Source: Octopus bimaculoides (taxonomy: Eukaryota). Taken from it: DNA of 64,000 nucleotides. The notes beneath the pieces were generated by a model. The model made no database searches and was not told the origin of the DNA. It saw nothing but the letters and a program-made list of their open reading frames with translations. Positions 59,545 through 64,000 of this stretch are shown here, in pieces. The DNA lies in assembly GCF_001194135.2 (NCBI RefSeq), contig NC_068982.1:66927200-66991199 (forward strand). Direction: 5' to 3'. The stretch's first letter is position 1, and the number at the start of each line of letters is the position of its first letter. A program made the translations under genes and the position numbers.

Positions 59545-59931
59545 GTGGAGGCGCAATGGCCCAGTGGTTAGGGCAGCGGACTCGCAGTCATAGGATCGCG
59601 GTTTCGATTCCCAGACCGGGCGTTGTGAGTGTTTATTGAACGAAAACACCTAAAGCTCCACGAGGCTCCGGCAGGGGTTGGTGGCGAACCCTGCTGTACT
59701 CTTTCACCACAACTTTCTCTCACTCTTACTTCATGTTTCTGTTGTGCCTGGAATTCAAAGGGTCAGCCTTGTCACACACTGTGTCATGCTGAATATCCCC
59801 GAGAACTACGTTAAGGGTACACGTGTCTGTGGAGTGCTCAGCCACTTGCACGTTAATTTCACGAGCAGGCTGTTCCGTTGATCGGATCAACTGGAACCCT
59901 CGATGTCGTAAGCGACGAAGTGCCAACAACA
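59545..59931 (+). mobile_element. SINE family B, full length with 13-bp TSD
   Basis: A box TGGCCCAGTGG, B box GTTTCGATTCC, (CAA)n tail; TSD ACTATAATTGACC at 59532-59544 and 59932-59944. Confidence 0.93.
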
Positions 59932-60534
59932 ACTATAATTGACCAAAAACCCTTAAAGGTAGTGCTCTAGTATGGTCACATCCCAGTGACTGTAACCAAT
60001 AAAAGATTTGTTTAAATAATTGTTAAATATTCTTAAATATCTTTTCACCAAAGGAGACCACCACCAGTTGCAATGGATGCTTTTAAAATGTGAGCTGATA
60101 ATTATCCCACCCTCATAAACTCATTCAGACAAACTGTAAGAGTATATAGAAACTGAATCTAGTGTAAACAATATAGTTAGTGTACAAGAAGTGTGATGAC
60201 ATTTCAGGCTGTCAAGTTGCTCCACTTAGTTTTGGTATGCCAAGTGTATTATTACATATATAACATCTACTTTATATGTAAACATAAATATTTGCAGCAA
60301 TAGATGAGAAAACAGAGCTGTTGAGATCTTCTATGTAAAGACACTAGTGTTTATAGAGATATAAAGTTACTGATGGAGCTATATACTGCTGCTTTTGTTG
60401 TTGTTGTTATTTAGCCCAGGTTAATCTGTCCAACACATTCTATCTGTTTTGTCATGGTAGGGTATGACATAAGAGAATTTGATTGCTATTTCTAGCAGTT
60501 CATGTGCATCTTTATTCATGTGCATATTTATTTC

Positions 60535-60925
60535 TTATCCTTTACTTGTTCCGGTCATTAGACTGTGGCCATGCTGGGGTACCACCTTGAAGAATTTTTA
60601 GCTGAATTAATTGACCCTCCAGCCCTATTTTGTTATGAAACCCAGTACTTATTTTATCATCTCTTTTGCCAAAAGGCAAAGTTACAGGGACATAAACACA
60701 CCAACACTGGTTGTCAAGTGGTGATGGGGGACATACATGAACACACACACACATATACATAAGACAGGCTTTTTCAGTTTCTGTCTACCAAATCCACTTA
60801 CAAGGTTTTGGTCAGCCTGAGCCTATCGTAGAAGATGCTTGCCCAAGATGTCATGCAGTGGGACTGAACCCAGAGCTATGTGGTTGAGAAGCAAACTTCT
60901 TACCACACAGCCACAACTGTGCCTA
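60535..60925 (-). mobile_element. SINE family C, full length
   Basis: Homologous to 26353-26778. Confidence 0.85.
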
Positions 60926-61607
60926 TGATATTATCATCATCATCATCATCTTAATGTCCACTTTTCCAGGCTTGTATAGGCTGGACAGTGCTGAGGTGCA
61001 CTACAGCTTATCAGGAAAGTGTAGAAGGGAGAGAAAGCAGCAACAAGTCAAATAAAAAATAGACACTGATGAAAGCTAAAAGTACATGTACGGTACTCAG
61101 GGTAAAACATGAAAATGAGAGGAATGTGAATAAAAGCAGAGAGAGTGTCACAGATAAATTTATTCCATGTTTCAACAGTTCTCAATGTGAAACAATGCTT
61201 CTGAAAGTAATGGATGTTGTGTTGTCTTATTTTCCTTTTATTTTAGTTTTACATCCAACTAAGAACAGTGCTGTTGTATCCAGTTGAACCCTTGTTCATT
61301 GAAGTGATGAGAGAGTCCAATCAATTATATAGTAACTAAAAGTGGAGTAGTCACTAATGGCAGTTTGTAGTCTCTTGAAGGTGAATTATAATCACTAATG
61401 GTATAGAAATAACAGTGAGAACCAAATTCTGTGCTTCCTGAAATTTTGTTCTATTTCATGTACTATACAAGCACTTTTGGTTTTCATCGCTGTCCTTCTT
61501 TACTTGACTTACTGCTGCTTTTAATTCCTTCATTTTTTACTCTTTTCTGACATGTTGTGGTAAGAATATTCTTCTTCTTCTTCTTCTTCTTATTATTATT
61601 ATTATTA

Positions 61608-61825
61608 AGGTGGTAAGTTCACAGAATTGTTAGCATGCTGGGAAAAATGCTTAGTGGTATTTCATTCATCTTCCCGTTCTGAGTTCAAATTCTGCCAACG
61701 TCAACTTTGCCTTTCGTCCTTTCATGGTTGATAAAATAAGTACCAGTTGAGTACTGGGGTCGATACAATCGACTATCTCCTTTCCCCCAAATTTCAGTCC
61801 TTGTGCCTATAGTAGAAAGGATTAT
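61608..61825 (+). mobile_element. SINE family A with (TTA)n tail
   Basis: AAGGTGGTAAGTTCACAGAATTGTTAGC...GTTCTGAGTTCAAATTCTGCC...AGTAGAAAGGATTATT. Confidence 0.88.
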
Positions 61826-61847
61826 TATTATTATTACTATTATTATT

Positions 61848-62847
61848 TTATGTTTGATTTTTGCTTTACATTTGTATAAGTTGGCTCCAAGTCTCACCCA
61901 GAGACCTCAAGAGACAACTAGTTAGAAGTTCATGTCGGTGTTATGCCTAGGGTGCCATATATTTGGTTTTGTACATAGTGTTGTTCTAGAGAATGTTTAA
62001 GAAACCATAAGAAAATTATGTGTCTGTTTTAAAATTTGAGATTACATAGAAAGTATTTTGCATAGGATATGGGCAGTTCCCATGAGTACTATCTTTTGAA
62101 TTTCTGCCATTTTGGGGTTTCCTGGTATCTGAGCTAGGTAGCAATCAGCCCCTTTTGCTATCATTTCCAGGGCACCTATGACAACAGGTATTGTTTTAGT
62201 TTTCAGGTTCCACATTTTGCTAATTTCTATTTCAAGATCTTTATACTTGCTCAGTTTTTGGTAGGTCTTGACAGATATTTTTATATTGATTGGGACAGTT
62301 TATCAATGAGGAGGCATGATTTTTGTCTGAAGTCTTTCAATATGATGTCTGGCTTATTTGCATCTATCTTTCTGTCAGTTTTAATGGTGAAGTTCCAGAG
62401 GAGTGAGATGTGACCATTTTCAAGCACTGGAGGTGGTTTGTGTTCCCACCAGTTTTTATCATGGGGCAAGTTCAGGTTCTTGCAAATTACTCAGTAAATA
62501 TATTGGGCAGCTCTATCATGCCTGTTGAGATACTCTGTAGGTGCAAAAAGACTGCACATGGAGACAACATGATCATTGGTTTCATTTTGTTGTTGACATA
62601 CACGACATGTTGGGAAGCTGCCGTTCTTTAATATGTTGGCCTGGTAGTTCCTTGTAGGTAGGCATTGATCTTGGGCTGCTATGATAAACCCTTCTGTTTC
62701 AGATTTTAAGCCAGAAACCGTTAGTCATTGATGGGTAAGGGCTTTGTCAACATCGGTATTATTTGCTCTCTTTGGGTATTTGCCATCGAGAGGTTTTTCT
62801 TGCCATTTATCAGCCAGAATATCTAAGGCAGCATTATATTCTGTCAG
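61848..62847 (-). mobile_element. 5'-truncated R4/Dong-clade LINE (CCHC and RLE domains plus 3'UTR)
   Basis: ETEGFIIAAQDQ...CRVCQQQNETNDHVVSMC...RHD...WWEHKPPPVLEN...ANKPDII...KLSKYKDLEIEI...IPVVIGAL; (TAA)n on both sides. Confidence 0.9.
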
Positions 62848-63399
62848 TTATTATTATTTTCATTATTTAATGTTGTTGCACATTCTTTAATATTATTGTA
62901 TGTGAGCTCTTATGGCTAATAAAAGAATTTATTATTATTATTATTCTTGTAAGAAGAGCCAACATTAATACAAGTGCACAGGGTACTTATGGTATTAAAG
63001 AGAAGGTGACCAGATATGAAGAGAGAAGAAGAATGAACAGTAAGCAGAATACCAGAAGGAAATTTAAGAATGGAATCAAATATGCTGAGAAAACATGAAT
63101 GAAGAAGAATTATTTAATTAGAGAAATGTTCAAACTAAAAGAGATGATTTGTTGCTCTTATGACATACCAGAACACTCTTTTACAACCATCAGACTGCAG
63201 CCATGCCTGAGTAACAGCTTGAACGATTTAGTTGACAGACAGATGGATGGATAGATAAATAGATAGTCATGTGTATTTGTATATGTATAGGCTGGTTTGT
63301 GTCCATAGTCTTGACATTGGCTGTCCACTGTGTAATTAATGTCATCATATACATGGTGTGATTGTTTACATCTGTTGTGGAAACATGTCTGCCATTGAC

Positions 63400-63570
63400 T
63401 TGTTTGTCATTCAAAAGAACAGGAGGAAATAGTGTCTAACTTGGAAACTAGTGGGTGTTAGCAACAAAAAGGTCATACAGCCATAGAAAAATTATTTCAA
63501 TAAGTCTAATCTCATCCATGCTAGTCTGGAAACATGAACTTTAAAACACTGAAAATGATGATGATTATGA
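63400..63570 (+). mobile_element. RTE-type tail, degenerate
   Basis: CTTGGAAACTAGTGGGTGTTAGCAAC...CCATGCTAGTCTGGAAACATG...GATGATG. Confidence 0.6.
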
Positions 63571-64000
63571 TGGAGCGTAATTTCATGAGGAGTATGGGTT
63601 AGAGAAGGGTTAAGCAACTCAATGGTACAGAGATAGATAACTGAACATTTGACAAGGACTTATAAAATAAATTTAGAATATGTCTCAAATACTTATTTTA
63701 AGATATGAAAGGTTAAGTTGATTTTGACAGAGTTATAGATTCAGAAAATGTATGCAATCAAACAACTATTAATTGTACATAATAATAAATGACACCTAGC
63801 GGTTGACCTGGCATTCCATCTTTCACTGATTTGTTCTAAAAGAACACAATAGTACGATGGATCTAACTGATTTTAATGATTATAACGATGATGATGATGT
63901 AATTTAAACTCAAGTCAGCTCTGACTAAGCAAAGCAAATGAATGGCTACATAAGGAGGTTGCTTCAGATTTGATTTCACTGTATGGTACCCAAGGTAAGT

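Overview
AT-rich, repeat-dense eukaryotic genomic DNA, most likely a coleoid cephalopod (octopus-like). This is inferred from recalled SINE head and tail sequences and the microsatellite load, not from a database search. No intact host gene is recognisable; a few possible exons are listed at low confidence. The window is dominated by at least five tRNA-derived or LINE-tailed SINE-like families (labelled A-F here), many RTE-clade LINE pieces (endonuclease, RT, C-terminus, 3'UTR), and fragments of restriction-like-endonuclease LINEs from three clades (R4/Dong x2, CRE, Hero). It also holds a degenerate Ty3/Gypsy gag, a Penelope-like GIY-YIG fragment, piggyBac- and hAT-type MITEs, Helentron/Helitron-like non-autonomous elements, several long fold-backs, microsatellites and five N gaps. 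The most notable signal is three sequence-distinct type-I hammerhead ribozyme motifs (16706-16760 minus, 24016-24074 minus, 39409-39464 plus). All three have a self-complementary helix III with a 1-nt centre and sit inside or next to copies of one SINE family. Also notable are a near-identical ~95-bp inverted pair 4.5 kb apart and a degenerate 27-nt repeat that reads as a 9-aa motif. Repeat boundaries are approximate (tens of bp) unless TSDs or TIRs are quoted.
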